From Lama guanicoe (taxonomy: Eukaryota), in NCBI GenBank assembly GCA_013239625.1, contig MU053196.1:124001-188000 (forward strand): a stretch of DNA of 64,000 nt, given 5' to 3'. The position numbers and the translations under genes are program-made. The notes beneath the pieces were generated by a model that worked only from the letters and a program-made list of their open reading frames with translations, was not told the origin of the DNA and did not search any database. Shown here in pieces: positions 13,696 through 27,120 of this stretch (the stretch's first letter is position 1; each line of letters begins with the position of its first letter).

Positions 13696-13838
13696 AAAAA
13701 TACTGAATGAACTTTCCTCTGATGTGCCTGGTGTTCCCAAGATTGAAGAAGAAAAGTCAGAGGAGGAAGGCGTGCCCCCTCACGTGGCTGCGATGGCAGT
13801 GCCGACTAGCATTTACCAGACCAGCACGGGGCAATACA
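13696..13838 (+). CDS. CREM: CREM exon F (KID second half)
   Basis: TTTTAG acceptor after a 145-nt intron, donor ACA|GTATGT, 143 nt. Encodes KILNELSSDVPGVPKIEEEKSEEEGVPPHVAAMAVPTSIYQTSTGQY. Confidence 0.97.
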
Positions 13839-16800
13839 GTATGTATGCCGCGCCGGAGGGGCCTAGCACTCGCCTGAGCCTGTTGCGCTACTGGAGCGCC
13901 TGGTTTTGGACTAAAGCGCCCTTGTCACGGTGCATCATAATACTAAGCTGTGTGGGAAAAGCGTGTCAGAGAAGTGAGAGATTGGGCCTAACAGCTGTTG
14001 TAGACTTTTGAAAAGTAAAAGAATGTTTTACCAAATAGAAGAAAACCTTGAGGTAAATGCAAAGGGAGGGTCTCTCCTGTCTGTATGTTTATGTTCGTGC
14101 CTCATACAGGTTTAAAGCTCACTGCCTTTATGATGCATGTGACCCTGATGAGATATAAAGTATGTTTCATTCTTGTTGGCCTTTGTTACCAACAATTACA
14201 TTTTATACTGACGAATCTAGAAGAGGTACATATGTTTTCTAAATTATGTTTCGAATGTAATTCTCTACTGTGTTAATTTGTGCTACAGCTTTTTCTAGAA
14301 GAGGATGGAAAAATGATTTATCTTTTTTAAACTAAAGCGATTGGACAGATCATTTATTTGAAATTTTAAGCACCAAAAGCTGGAAATAAACAGATACATT
14401 CACATTTAGTCTTGCGCATTTTAATTGGCTGTTAATTCTGTGCTTTTTGCTCCAGTTAAAGCACTAGTCTTTTCCCAATTCAAGAATTTTTATGTTTGGT
14501 ACATAAAAATACTTCACTAAAATATGAGAGCTGGGAAGAAAAGTGGGGAGGAAAAGATGGAAAAAGGACTGAAAAAAATGTTTTTTAGAAAAAGCTAGTT
14601 AGGTACAGGAATATGTATGATGTTAATTACTGTGTTGATCCAAGTACAGTGTTAAGATTTTAGATGTATTTTCTGTTTTCCCTCAGAAAATAATACTACC
14701 TACAAAAAGTGTCAAGTCTTAACTTATGACTTAGCTGCTAAAGCAAGCTGTAGTCTGTGGGAAAACCTTATAGAGTCATTAGTTTTTAGGGCTTTTCTTT
14801 TAGTGGTGGTAGATTTGCAGTATTAAATGAATTCTGCCTTGGTGATTTCGGCTCTTTGGCTAGCTCCCACCCTGATACCTGGCAGAACTGGGCTGTAATT
14901 TGTCCATATCCTCTACAGGGTGCTGCTTGGACGTGTCCAGAGTCAACGTTAGGAAAAGAAACCTCCCCACGGTCTGTAAGAGTTAAACCCTGAGGATTTT
15001 TTCAATTTCATTTCTCTTGTATTGCTTCTCTGATTTATTTGGCTCCCTTGTCTGGCCCGCTGGGACCATGCGGCGGGAGTTTTAGGACCGTTAAGTCAGA
15101 GCCTGCTCCCTGGTGTGCATCAGTCCCCATGCAGGTCCCCAGGCCCTGGAGCGGCTGGCTGGGGCTTGGGGCTACTCGAACTCCTGGCTGGTCAGCTCTG
15201 ACCTTGAGCAGCAGGCCGTGCACATAGTATCATTTTCTGTTTTGTGTCACAACGGGGAAGGTTGGCAGTCACTGCTGGAACAATCTAAGATGTCTTCAGT
15301 AGGAGGGAGAGCTCAGACGCTGTCCCCTCGGCATTTCTCCAGCAGGTCCTGATGCTGCTTCGCACTGATCTCTTTACAAGTGACCTGGGCGGGGTGGCTG
15401 AGGGTTAACATACCTGGTTAGTACCCACAGACGTGATGTGAAGTTGTACTGGGGGTGGAGAGAGTGCTGGAGCTGGGGACGGGTTGGGGCAGGCGGCACC
15501 GGCCCTGTGCTCCACTGCCGGGGTCAGAGCGAGAGTTTCGAATTTCAGGTTTCTGGTCTGTGAAGTGGGAATAACACTAATTGCCAGACTCTGGGGTTAG
15601 CGTGAGACAAACGGAGAAGACAGGTTTTACCAGAGCAGTTGGCTGGCTGAGGCAGCGCCTTGGTCATAGTCACGGTGGCTCCCATCTCCCCTCCGCTGCA
15701 CCACAGCCTGGTCCCCTGCTCCGGCGCACACTTGCAGAGGGGCAGCACCTTGGGGTGGGGCATGTGAGTGTCAGGAGTGGAGTCAGCCCTTCTGGTTAAG
15801 AACTAGACAATCGAATGTTTAGCAGGTAGGCATTTATCTCTTTGCCACATGAGAAGTCATGGACGATTTCTTACTTGGGGTTCTCAGTTCGCACCCACAC
15901 GCTAAGATGCAGGCAGGAGTTTCAGTGAGCAGGGTGGTTGTCCTTCGTGTGCTCTCTGTAGGTAAAACTTCCATTTCATTGGTTCACAAAAAAGTGATAT
16001 TGCCTTTGTTAAACATGCATTTCATAGACATTTAGTGACACTTACGTTGGTAATTCTGTCATCTGAAAAGTGAATACTAACATTCAAACTTTTCTTTAGA
16101 AGTCATTTGCTTTAACTGGAGGGTAAATGTGTATTTATACCTACATCAGATCCATGTTCATCAATCATTTCTTACCAGCAATAACAACTGAAATTAATGT
16201 GTTAATGTTCCTGAGTATCTAGACATAGAAACAATTACTGATGTCCTTTGGTTTTTGGAATGGAGGAGTTTATTTTACTAGGATTTCTGGTGATTTTTCT
16301 GTGTATTTGCATGTACCCATTTTTGAGACCATTTGTAACTTTTTATTGTAAAAAATTTTTAATTCTTCCTTCAACTTTTATCCATGGATGACGTTCTCCT
16401 AAACATCGCTTTGTTTCTTTTTTTCCTATAAAGTATTGTTGTTATTTATTTGTAATTTGGTATATGATTTACTTGGAGTTAAAAACAAAAGAACTAAACT
16501 AAAAGGCCTTTGTGAGTCAAAGTTGAAGAAATAAAATAAAAATAAATGTACTCGGGTTTTCTTATATACAAGTAGGCACGTTAATACTTGAAAATGAGGT
16601 ATTTGACGGAAGTTGGGCTTATTATTTCAGCGTATTTTTTCAATCACAAAAATAAGAAGTGAAAGTTAGAATAGGCTATTTCCGGGAGTAGGGAAAATAA
16701 CTTAAAATAGGCAGGGATTCATTACTGCGACACCAAGAAAGTGAGCTGCACTTGTGAAATCTTTACTGGGGTGCAGATCTCGGTGACAGGTCTGCTGTGT

Positions 16801-18952
16801 GCCCAGCAAGTCGCTCTGGTCAAAGAAAATCTGTTCTGTCTCAAGAGACTCTTTCTGAAAGATGGTGGTCTGGATAGTCTTAGAACCCGCAAAGAATGGT
16901 ACTTGCTGCCTGAGACATTTAAGACGGGCACGAAATGGGAGTGAACCCAGAGTCGAAGTTGTGGTTCTTCTGTATGTGCTGTCGTAGGTGAAGAAATGTA
17001 AATGTTGGAAGTTTCTTAATTCACTAAATTTTCCCTAAAGACAGTTGTTTTGAACCCTTCATCTGCTTTACCCAGCCTCTTCCCTTACTCATAAGGATTC
17101 ACCCAAGACTTCAACTTTTTTTTTTCTAAACATCCCTGTCTCTCTGCTTGCTCCTCCTTTATTTTACTAGGAATATTGTTAGAATGAGTCTCTATTAACC
17201 CATCTTTACTGACATTCTTAAACCCGAAGGAAAGTGGGTCAACCCGAAAACCCACCGTAATGAAGAAAGATACATGAGCTTTGTGGACTGCTTGAAGAAT
17301 TCAGAATTCTCAGGAGACACGAATGAGTGCACTCTGATTCCACTTCTTCTAACAGGAGTCTGCGTGCTAGGCTTGCACATTCTAAAGTGAATACGGTGCA
17401 TTTATCATTCTTGGGACTGACTTTGCTTGCATGCTCCCAAGGTTCCTTTCAAAGCCCTCCTGGAAGGTGTGTACTCAGTGCCAGCCTGGCTCCTTAACCC
17501 CAGCGCTGCTGCTCCCGGTACAGCCGGGGCTCTCAGGCTTTCTTCTGCTGCATCCACGTCTTGGCTTTTAAGGCCCAGGTACTCACAGGTTCTGGTTTGT
17601 GCTCACTTTTTGAATTTCAATCTGAGAATTCACTGGAATAAGGTCTGCTATTCCTTTTTAAAGTTCATTCAATGAAATTTTATTTATGAAACTTTTTATT
17701 GCAATTTGGAATACAGATGGTTTTAAATGATAAGTAAACATTTACAAGTTTATGTATTTGAATTAGCTCATGGTATAGAGGTTTAGGATTAAAAAGATGT
17801 TAGCATCAAGTGAGAAAGAGGTCAAGTGAAGTCTTAATTTAAATGAATCACACTTCCTCATTTGGTCATGAACTCTTTTTTTTGGTTTTGCATCCTTATT
17901 TTTCTCTTCTGCCCTCTTTACTGATTATACCAGACTGAAAATATTATTTTTTAATTAAAACTTTACCAAAATTTTTGAATTTCCATCCCATAAATAGTAT
18001 TTTCCTTGCCTCAGTGATATTTAAAGGCTCTGGGAAGGAAGTGCTCAGTGGCAGTGAGGGGTGGAAGTGGCGGGTTTTTTAAACAGTTCCGTACACCAGG
18101 AATTTTCTAAGAACTCACTGCCTAGACTAGTTGGTGTGATATCGTCTTGGTTACATGGTGGACAGTAAGTTTGGGGTGGTGAGAACATACTCGGGTTAAC
18201 ACTGATTTGAAATGAAATATCATGACTGCATAGTAATGTATATAAAGACATTTATTTAACTACTAAAGCTAAGTAGAAAAACACTTAGTAAATTAACGAA
18301 TTATACTCTCTAGACAAACTCTCTTTCAAGGTCATTGTGTTCAACATTCAGCCTGTGGTTACAGCCCAACCTACTTAATTATGGAGTGTAGCTCAGCTGA
18401 GACATCGGGGTGGAGGTTGGGGGAGCTAGGGATGTCCCAGAGCAGCCAGGACAACAGGCCTTACCCTCCACCCGGTACTGCTACGCGCAGGTGACACATG
18501 AGCAGGCTTCAGCCAGTCAGCAACAGCGTTGAAGTAGAACTGAATTGATTATATAACCGAGCTGCTCAGTTTTAATGCAGTTTAGATGATTTCATCAAAC
18601 TGTAATGCTACTGAGGAAAACAAGTATACGTAGAGTATAAAATAATAAACCACTCTTACTGCTGCTTAAGTCCTAATCAGTGTTCACAGGCCAGTGTGGA
18701 CTCTTCGTCAGGAACAGCGAAGTGGCTGAAGGTGTGAGCTTTGATGTCGCAGTTGCATGTGTCTGTCCAGGAGAGCATTAATAAAACCTCAGGCCCTGAA
18801 GTAAAATCAGAAGGAAGATGGAGGTTTTTTTTTTTTTTTGTTTGTTTGTTTGTATTGGTCACTAATGGCCTTGATAGGGGCCAATCATTTTATTTAAAAA
18901 TGATCAGCCAGACATGATATCTGAGATTTGTTTTGAAATACTCCAGACATAA

Positions 18953-19086
18953 GAGGGAGGGTATAGCTCAGTGACAGAGTGTGTGCCTAGCACGCATGAG
19001 ATCCTGGGTTCAATCCTCAGCACCTCCATTAAAGATAAATAAATAAAAACCTAATTATCTCCAATAAAAAATTAATTAAAAAAAAA
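18953..19086 (+). mobile_element. tRNA-derived SINE (Vic-1-like) with 15-bp TSD, followed by (CA)n
   Basis: gggagggtatagctcagtg...cctgggttcaatcc...A-rich tail. TSD gaaatactccagaca at 18935-18949 and 19087-19101. Confidence 0.9.
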
Positions 19087-20711
19087 GAAATACTCCAGAC
19101 ACACACACACACACAAATGATTTGGAATGAGTGGGCAGGGAAAGTAAATAACAAAATTCTTTCACCTTTTCTTTTCACTAGAAGATTTTTATAAGTTAAA
19201 AAATAGTAATTAGCTAAAACAGGATATGACTAAATTCATTCTGTTAATTTCATTTTAGTTTTTCCTACTATTTATCTTGATGTGTGTTTACTGAAGACAT
19301 ATTAATGCTATCTTTGAATATTTTGTAACCTAAAAAGTTTCCTCCTCAAATCTTTTGAATGCACACACATGCCCACAAAGTGTATTTCTGGTATCCTGAA
19401 ACATTGGGAAATCTTGTTTCTTGTCAGTTGAGAGGCTTTGTATGGGAAGGCCCTCTGTTGTTGGATAACGCCAAAATCAAGAGCACCTCTGGTGTGAAAA
19501 ATAAAAGCCAGATTAAAGGACAAGACTCATCAGGAGAAGTATTTCCCTCCTAGAGCCAGCTTGTGTATGCGTGTGCGTGTGGCTTTTGTTTTCCACATCT
19601 AATTATATAATGACCAGAAAATAAAATGATCAGAGGAACAGATTTTTGATAAAACAGATTACACAGTGTGAAAGCAAAGAAGTTTGGTTGGAACTATGGG
19701 GAAACACTGGGGGAAAAAAGACTGAAAAAGTATAAAAAGAAAAAAGAAAGGATCCTTGTCATCTACCTGTTTCATGGTTCTTATCCTTGGAAGCAACTGC
19801 TCTCACCTTAGATTTTTCACTAGTTCAGAAGCTTGATAATTGTGTTGTCAATATGGAAAATTCAGTTCTATAATTATAACTGGAAACCATACTTTTGGAA
19901 CTCTTCTAGGCTCACAAGTGGCCTAAGTTGTTGTTATAGACTCTATCTTGAGGCGATGATGGCCCTTCATGCATCTTGTTTATTGAGTGCCTGCTGTTTG
20001 CTGGGCTTTGTGGTCACACTGCTTGGGTGTGTTCTTTCTAAAGTGCCATTTCTATGACGTCAGACTCAACTGAAAATATGCATTCACACAAATGATCACG
20101 TGTGAACCTCATTCATGTCCAGAGAGGAAGAGTGATTTAAAGCCCTCCTTTTTCAGACTGCTCTCAAATCCTCTTACTATTAAGGAGTAAGTCCTGAGAC
20201 CCTTGGAATCTCTGGAGACTCCTGGTGAAAGCTTGTTTGTAAAATGTGCACAGAGTGTGAGACTCCAGGTGAGCCAGATAAATAAAGTGAGATCACTCCG
20301 AGTTTCTCAACCATAGCACTGTTGACATTTGGTAACTGATTCTTCAGTTTCTGTCAATCGTATAGCAGCCTGTCAACGAACAAAACCAGACGGTGCCTCT
20401 GTGTCGAAGTCTTTAAAAAAAAATGTTAACCCATCTTTCTGTGTGAGCCTGAGAACCGCAGGTCAAGGAACTGAAGGTGTGTGGTGGTGGTTACTCTCTC
20501 CAGGATTCTCAGGTCAGGCGGTCACCTACGTGGTCCTTTGCTTAGATACCGTTACAGAGTTAGGGACTGACTCAAACGTTCAGGTGTGCTCTGGACACTG
20601 CTACAACACTCCTGTAAGGCACTGACATTGATTTATAGGTGCTGTGTTATTCTGATTATGTATTATTTTTATCTTCATTGTAAAGTCTAGTTAGCCAATT
20701 TATATGTAATT

Positions 20712-20801
20712 TTCCTTCTTTTGTTAATGGAGGTGCTGGGAACTAAACCCAGGACCTCAGGATGCTAAGCACACATTCCACCACTGAGCTATGCCCTCCC
20801 C
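20712..20801 (-). mobile_element. tRNA-derived SINE (Vic-1-like)
   Basis: cccaggacctc...gctaagcac...ccactgagctatgccctcccc. Confidence 0.85.
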
Positions 20802-21736
20802 GCTGTGATTTTCTTCTTTTTAACAAGAATAGCCCTTGGTTCCACTTAATCTCTAGTGTTTAAACTCAAACATGGCGTCGTAATCTTTATGTTAAAGTAT
20901 GTACAATTCAGGTATTTTCAACAGTACTTACTTGTCTATTAGAGTGAAGTTTAAAAACATAACATTTAATCAATTATTCTTTTGAAACTTTCTGTTAATG
21001 TGTTAACTTTTAAATGTGGCTGGCAAGTCCCACTGTTTAAAAGGACGTCTGCCTCCTGTTTGTTGCCATTAGCTGTTCTTGTTCAAGACGCTTAGTAGAG
21101 GTAAATATTGTAGCACAAATTCTTTCAATAGTTACCTTTTAAGGTTCTTTCCAACTTAATGTTTTGTATTTCAGGATTCTCCTGACATAGTCAAAGTGGT
21201 AACAGTTACAGTTTTATAGACTTGAGCTTTAAAGCCAACATGTATAATATATATTCCATTAGGAGATACTTTCTTTTGATGATAAATTAGACAAATGTTT
21301 GCTGAATGAAGGTACAAATTCATTGTAATTATAATGCTCAATGGAATTTAATGGGCCATTTCTTAAATGTTAGAAGAATGTTGTATTTCTGTAACTAAAA
21401 ATAGAGGAAAGAGTGGAGAAGATTAAGAGGCTCTCCCTGTCCACACCTCCACGCATTCTCTTAAACATCTAGGTGGAGGGATGCCAGGGAGGAGGCAAAC
21501 GCCATGAGTTCTGTTTCAAACAGTTCTGAGTGTAAGAGATTTTCAAGTGTCCTGAGCTCTTTCAGAGTATTATCCATGCGGGCGGGTTCCCTCATCAGCT
21601 CAGCACAGGGACCTGAGGGTAACCTGAGAATGAGAAACTTTGGTAATAAACAGACCCAGAGTATATGCTTCCAATATGGGGTTATTAAAAAACGAATCTT
21701 GAAATTCTCTAATATTTCTTTTCTTTTTCTGTTAAG

Positions 21737-21925
21737 TTGCTATAGCCCAAGGTGGAGCAATCCAGATTTCTACCCCAGGATCTGACGGTGTTCAGGGCCT
21801 GCAGGCATTAACAATGACAAACTCAGGAGCTCCTCCGCCAGGTGCTACAATCGTACAGTACGCAGCGCAGTCAGCTGATGGCACACAGCAGTTCTTTGTC
21901 CCAGGCAGCCAGGTGGTGGTTCAAG
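21737..21925 (+). CDS. CREM: CREM exon G (glutamine-rich Q2 cassette exon, 189 nt)
   Basis: Pyrimidine tract + AAG acceptor, donor AAG|GTATAT, phase 1-1. Encodes IAIAQGGAIQISTPGSDGVQGLQALTMTNSGAPPPGATIVQYAAQSADGTQQFFVPGSQVVVQ. Confidence 0.96.
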
Positions 21926-23504
21926 GTATATGTCATTCGTCTAATACGTTTAGCGTACCTGGGGGTTACGGTAGAACGCCATTCCCTGGAGGTTTCATAG
22001 TTTTCTGAAATACACAGGTAGATTTGGGGGGTAAGGGGACACTTAAAGGGGCTTGAAGAAGAAATATCTTAGTATATTAAACAACAAATTAAATAAATTA
22101 TATAATTTCCAGCTTTTAGCAGGTTTTATTGGCTCTATAGAAAAGTTAAATTCAGGATAGCGTAATGGAAAAAGGGAGTTGGAAACTTGAATGAATTTTT
22201 AATTAAGTAAATATTCTTCATTTGGGGGTTATAAACGTTGTACTGAGTATGTTTTTAGTGCCTGGTCTAGGAAAATTCAAGTATCCTGTCCACGATGCAC
22301 TGAATTTGGGTTTTTCCCCGGTTGTTGCACTCAAGTCTGCTTTTTTGACCTCTCATTTCAAAGCCAGTGCTGTTTTTCCTCTACACCATTCTTGGTATGT
22401 TTGAATTCTGAGATTCTTCCTCTTATGGAAGCTGAGAGCAGTGAAATCAAACAGTTGGGACAGAGCCTTGAGCTTTTAGAATAACCTAAGATTTCAATTA
22501 AAACTGAGTTATACATTATTTTATTCAGTCGTGCTCAGATAACCATATGTGTTCAGTACAGCTTTCAAAAACCCTGCGTTTTAGTTTAATTATATTCCCC
22601 TCAGTTCACTTGCACTAATTTTAAGGGGAGTACTATCAGTTCTTTTAGTTTGAAAGTATCACAAGTATAGAAAACAGATTATAACTGACGAATCTCTTGT
22701 TAATTAGCTTTACTCTTCGGTATTTGGGGGGCCAATATGGACTATAATATAAGTGTAGGAATAGCTAAAGTGGTGACATTTATGGACTAAAAAATCCATT
22801 TTATTTTCCCAATACTTTAATGTTTTAAATATAAAATTAAAGCACCCATTCTGTTTCCTTGATACTCAGGAACCCTGTATGTTTAAATGAATAATCATAA
22901 AGAAAGCACATTTCTTGTATCTCTTTTATATGGGAAGTCCACTGAGAACGTGATACTTTAAGGAGGAGATTTTTTTAAATGTCTCATGTTTTGCATTGAT
23001 AGTACATGCATAAGTTTTGTACTTTGGAGCTTTTCAGAACTCTTTTTCTTCTGTAAGTCATAAAGATGTTTTTCTGCATTGATTTTGCTGGCTTTATGGT
23101 TTTACCTTTCACATTCTGCCCTTAAGCCACCTCTGTGTGAGTGCTAGCTGGGAACCACACTTATGTCTTCTCCATGTGTCGCGCCCATGTTGCCTGCCCA
23201 CCAGTCAGGCCTTTCCCCATGGATGTGGGGCGCCGCCCCTGTGCGGTGGGTCTTGCGCAGCCTGGGTTTCTTTCCTGCAGTCTGGTCTCTCTCGTTCTGC
23301 GTGCTGGCACCACCTGGGTTTTCTGTCACAGAACAAGTGCCCTTTTTTTCTTTTAATTTTTTTTTTAGTGCTGTTTTAGCTTTTGTGAACTGTTGTTCTC
23401 TCACATGCATTTGGAATAAGTTTGAGTTTCCAAGTAATAATATAATAAAACCAAGGATGAGATTACATTTAATTTACAGATTAATTTAGGGAGAACTGAA
23501 GCCT

Positions 23505-24258
23505 TTTGTTTTGTTGAGGTGTGATTGACACATAACATTATATTAGCTTTAGGTGTACAGTATGGTGTGTCGACATTTGTGTAAGTCACAGTAAGTGGTC
23601 ACCACAGTAGGTCTAGTTCACATCCTTGACCATATATAATTACAGATTATTTTTCATGTGATGAGGACGTCTAAGAGCTACTCTCAGCACCTTGCAGATA
23701 CGCAACCCAGTATCCTCACATCCCTGGGACTTAGTAATTTTATAACTGAAAGTTTGTACCTTTTGACCCCCTTCACCCATTTCCCCACCCCCACTGCCCA
23801 CCTCTGGCAACCACCAGTCTGTGTTCTGTGTCTGAGTTTGGGTTTCTTTCTTTCTTTGTTTAGATTCCACATGTAAGTGAGATCATACAGCGTGTCTTTC
23901 TCTCACTGATTTCACTTGGCGTGACGCTGCCCTGGGGGTCTGTCTAGATTGTCACAAACGGCAGAATTTCCTTTTTTTATAGCTGAATAAAATTACATTG
24001 CATGTGTATACATCTGCTTTACCTGGTCATCTGTCGATAGACAATTAGATCGCTTCCACGTCTTCGCTGTTGTGACTACTGCTGCAGTGCACATGGGTGT
24101 GTGGGGCTTTCTGGGTTTGTGTTTTTATCTTCTTCAGATAAATAACCAGAAGTGGGGTTGCTGGATCGTATCGTAATTCTGGTTTTAGTTTTCTGAAGAC
24201 CCTCCATGCTGTTTTCCATAGCGGCTGCATGAGTTTACGTTTTAACCAACAGAGCACA
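23505..24258 (-). mobile_element. L1 3'-end fragment
   Basis: Antisense L1 3' region; the minus-strand ORFs MQPLWKTAWRVFRKLKPELRYDPATPLL and MWNLNKE are L1 ORF2 C-terminus / 3'UTR-like. Confidence 0.88.
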
Positions 24259-24478
24259 GACTGTCTTTCTTATTCAGACCGTAACTTCTTTGACCGGTTT
24301 AAAATGTTCTCCATAGGAGTCTGTCATACTCTGTATCCAGTTAGTTCTTGAATGCTTGATGGTTTTGTTGCTATGATGAGTGGTGGCTTTCTGTTACGTT
24401 TTCTAGTTGTTGCTGGAAAAATACTTTTTTTTTAAAAGCTTGTCTTTTATCCATGAACCTTCCTGAACTCTAATTACA

Positions 24479-24610
24479 TTTTTTGGGGGGGTGGATAGTA
24501 ATTAGGCTTATTTATGTTTGTATGTATTTATTTGACGGAGGCCCTGGGGATTGAACCTGGGGCCTCATGCATGCTGAGCATGCTCTCTGCCATTTGAGCT
24601 ACACCCTCCC
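24479..24610 (-). mobile_element. tRNA-derived SINE (Vic-1-like)
   Basis: ggggattgaacctgggg...catgcatgctgagcatg...gagctacaccctcccc, with TSD ctaattac on both sides. Confidence 0.88.
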
Positions 24611-24849
24611 CTAATTACTTCTAATACGTGATTCTTTGTAAATCACCCTGTGATGCTGTGTGAATTTTATGTCAAATACAAGATGTCTGCTTTTTCCCTT
24701 CCCGTCTTCATTCCTCCTTCCCTTGCCTTCCCTTTCCTTTTCCTTTTCTCTTCTTTCTTTTCTGCTTCTCCTTCTTTTTTAAGATAATAATGGCCAGGAG
24801 TTTAGGTCCGTTCAGCAGCAGGGTCCATGGGGTCTTGCCCTCCTCTCTG

Positions 24850-25830
24850 CCCACTCTGCCCACCTCCCGGCGTGTCCTCCCCTTGAAAGGTCAGAGCAGT
24901 GTCTGGGAGCCTCAGTCCTCCTCTAGGTGGGTCCTTTCACAGCATTTAGCGCTGTTGGCTTCTGCTGCCTTCACTTCCCTGGTGTTCTGTCTCTCTTCCA
25001 GTCTCCTCCGCCCAGCTCCTGAGGGTGGTGGTGGCCCTCAGGGTTACATCCCGGGCCCCCTCCGCCGGCCCTGGGTGACCTCTCCCTGCCCACACCTCTG
25101 ATGCCTGAAGTCCAGAGCCTGCTTCCATCCCTTCCACCCCAGGTCTCCTTTTGTTCCCATTTCAGGAGCCATCCACCCTGTTGCTTCAGCCAGAAACCTG
25201 GTGGCGCCTGTCACTCTCTCTCATTGCTAAAGCACCGGCTCTTCACTGCTCTCAATCAGGCTCTCTCTTCATCCCTCCCCAGGGTTCTGGGAACTACTGC
25301 TGTGGCTTAAACCCGAAAGTCTCTGCCTCCAGCGTTTCCCTTTCTCCACTAGACTCTCCCTTCTGTGGTTAGGGGTGGTGCTTCTAAAATTCACGTGGTC
25401 GTGCCAGCCTCCCACTTGGAGCCCTTGGTGAGTGCCTGTTACTTGTGAGCCACGGTCAGAACCCTTGGCAGAGCCCCCTCCCCTGCCTGATCCAGGCCAT
25501 GCTGCCTGGCCTGGCCACCTCCCTCTGCTGCTCCCTCTTTTGTGCTGCATTTCTGTCACTTCCTGTGACGGGAGAGGCCCTCTCTCCTCTCTGGGCCCTC
25601 ACACATGGCCCTGGCAGGAGCACTTCCCCAGAGGTGGGCACTGCTCAGGTGCCATATGGGCCAGCACTTCCCTCGGAAGCCTCCCCCTAACCCCCCCGTC
25701 CAGGTCTGGCTCACAGGAACCCCTGCTGGCTCCTCCTGCGCCCACAGGGTCACTTCTGTTTGGACAGGGGTCTTTAGTCCTAGCACAGTCCCTGGCGTGA
25801 TAAATGTTCAGTAACCTTTACTGAGTGAAA
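24850..25830 (+). mobile_element. Degenerate L2 fragment (3' region)
   Basis: Pyrimidine-rich L2-like body ending cctagcacagtccctggcgtgataaatgttcagtaacctttactgagtgaa. Confidence 0.6.
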
Positions 25831-26651
25831 GTGAAGCACTCCTCTGGGGAAAGGCTACTAGTTCTGTGTGCTGATTAACCCAGTCTATCTGGTCCAGGGG
25901 GTTTACTGAAACCTTACCAATGGCAGCAGTCGGTCACACAGCCAACCTCCCTTCTTCCTTTCCTTCCTCCGCCCTTTTTTTTTTTTTTAACACTAATCTT
26001 TACTGAGCACCTAAGTGCCAATTTAAAGGAATGTTGAGATTAAAATCAACTTGAAATTTCTGGAATTTGAAATAAAGTTGACTCGTGTTCTTGGAACCAA
26101 GCCCTTAGGTGTGGCTGGGATGGAGAAAAGTCTTCCCTGGATTCTGGGGTGGGCCCCGGACTTTTTGACTTAGCCAGGGTGTCTTTAGTTTCTGTGCTCT
26201 GGAGAATGACTAGAAACACGGGTCCTCACAATGTTCCACCTGCTAAGCGTCCAAGTGTAAGGGCCCTGAGGTCTTACTAGAGGTGCTTACTCGAATAAGG
26301 CAGAAATGTGGTGGACTGCCCTTGCATTGACGTAAGGTCGGGTTGACTCGTACTTATCCAGGGAATGGGCTTTGTAAACGCACTGATAAGGATAAAGGTC
26401 AGTGATACGGCCCTTACTTTGTGTGGTGGAGATGCGTGTCATTTCCCCCGGGCTGTGGTTTGCCAGACGGTGGAACAGGCACCTGTCTTCTGTCTGACTT
26501 TGCAGTTGAATTGCTAGCTGTTTGTGTGCTGAACCCTCATTAAGTACCCACATGAAGTTGGACATGTTTTAAAAAACTGACAAATAGTAATTGTGATTTT
26601 TTAAAATCACAATATTCTTTTCAAGGATATTTAATTTAATAAGCTAGTATA

Positions 26652-26730
26652 TTAGACCTAGCCACATGAAATAGCTGTTTTTGTGGGTGAAAAAGTTTGA
26701 ATAACAGTAAATTCATATGGTTTTTTCTAA
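26652..26730. mobile_element. MADE2-like mariner MITE
   Basis: About 80-bp imperfect palindrome ttagacctagccacatgaaat...ttcatatggttttttctaa, resembling the recalled MADE2 consensus. Confidence 0.6.
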
Positions 26731-26996
26731 TTTTTATGGAAAAATGCTACTTAGTACTTGCTACTTTGGCACAGTGAATTTTTAAAATTTAAGTCTCTAT
26801 TCTCTGCAAGTGAAATTAGCAAATTCTGTATCATCTTAGGAGAGGCTGGATTTTATGGTGTTGTAGCAAATAAAAATGTGTTTAGTGAACTAAGGTAGCT
26901 GGGTATTTCTTACTTGGTCGATTTAGAGTGTCGGTGAACATTTAAAAGTGTCTGCTTCTGTGTTTCACAATGTTCTTCTGGCTGATTGTCAGTTGT

Positions 26997-27120
26997 GTGT
27001 GTGTGTAGGGGGTGGTAACTAGGTTTATTTCTTTACTCCCTTTTTTAACTGGCGGTCCAGGGGCAGGACCTCGCGCGTGCTGATAAGCACGTACTCTGCC
27101 ACTGAGCTCTGCCCTCCCCC
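26997..27120 (-). mobile_element. tRNA-derived SINE (Vic-1-like) just upstream of the ICER promoter
   Basis: caggacctcgcgcgtgc...ccactgagctctgccctccccc, with TSD tcagttgt. Confidence 0.8.
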
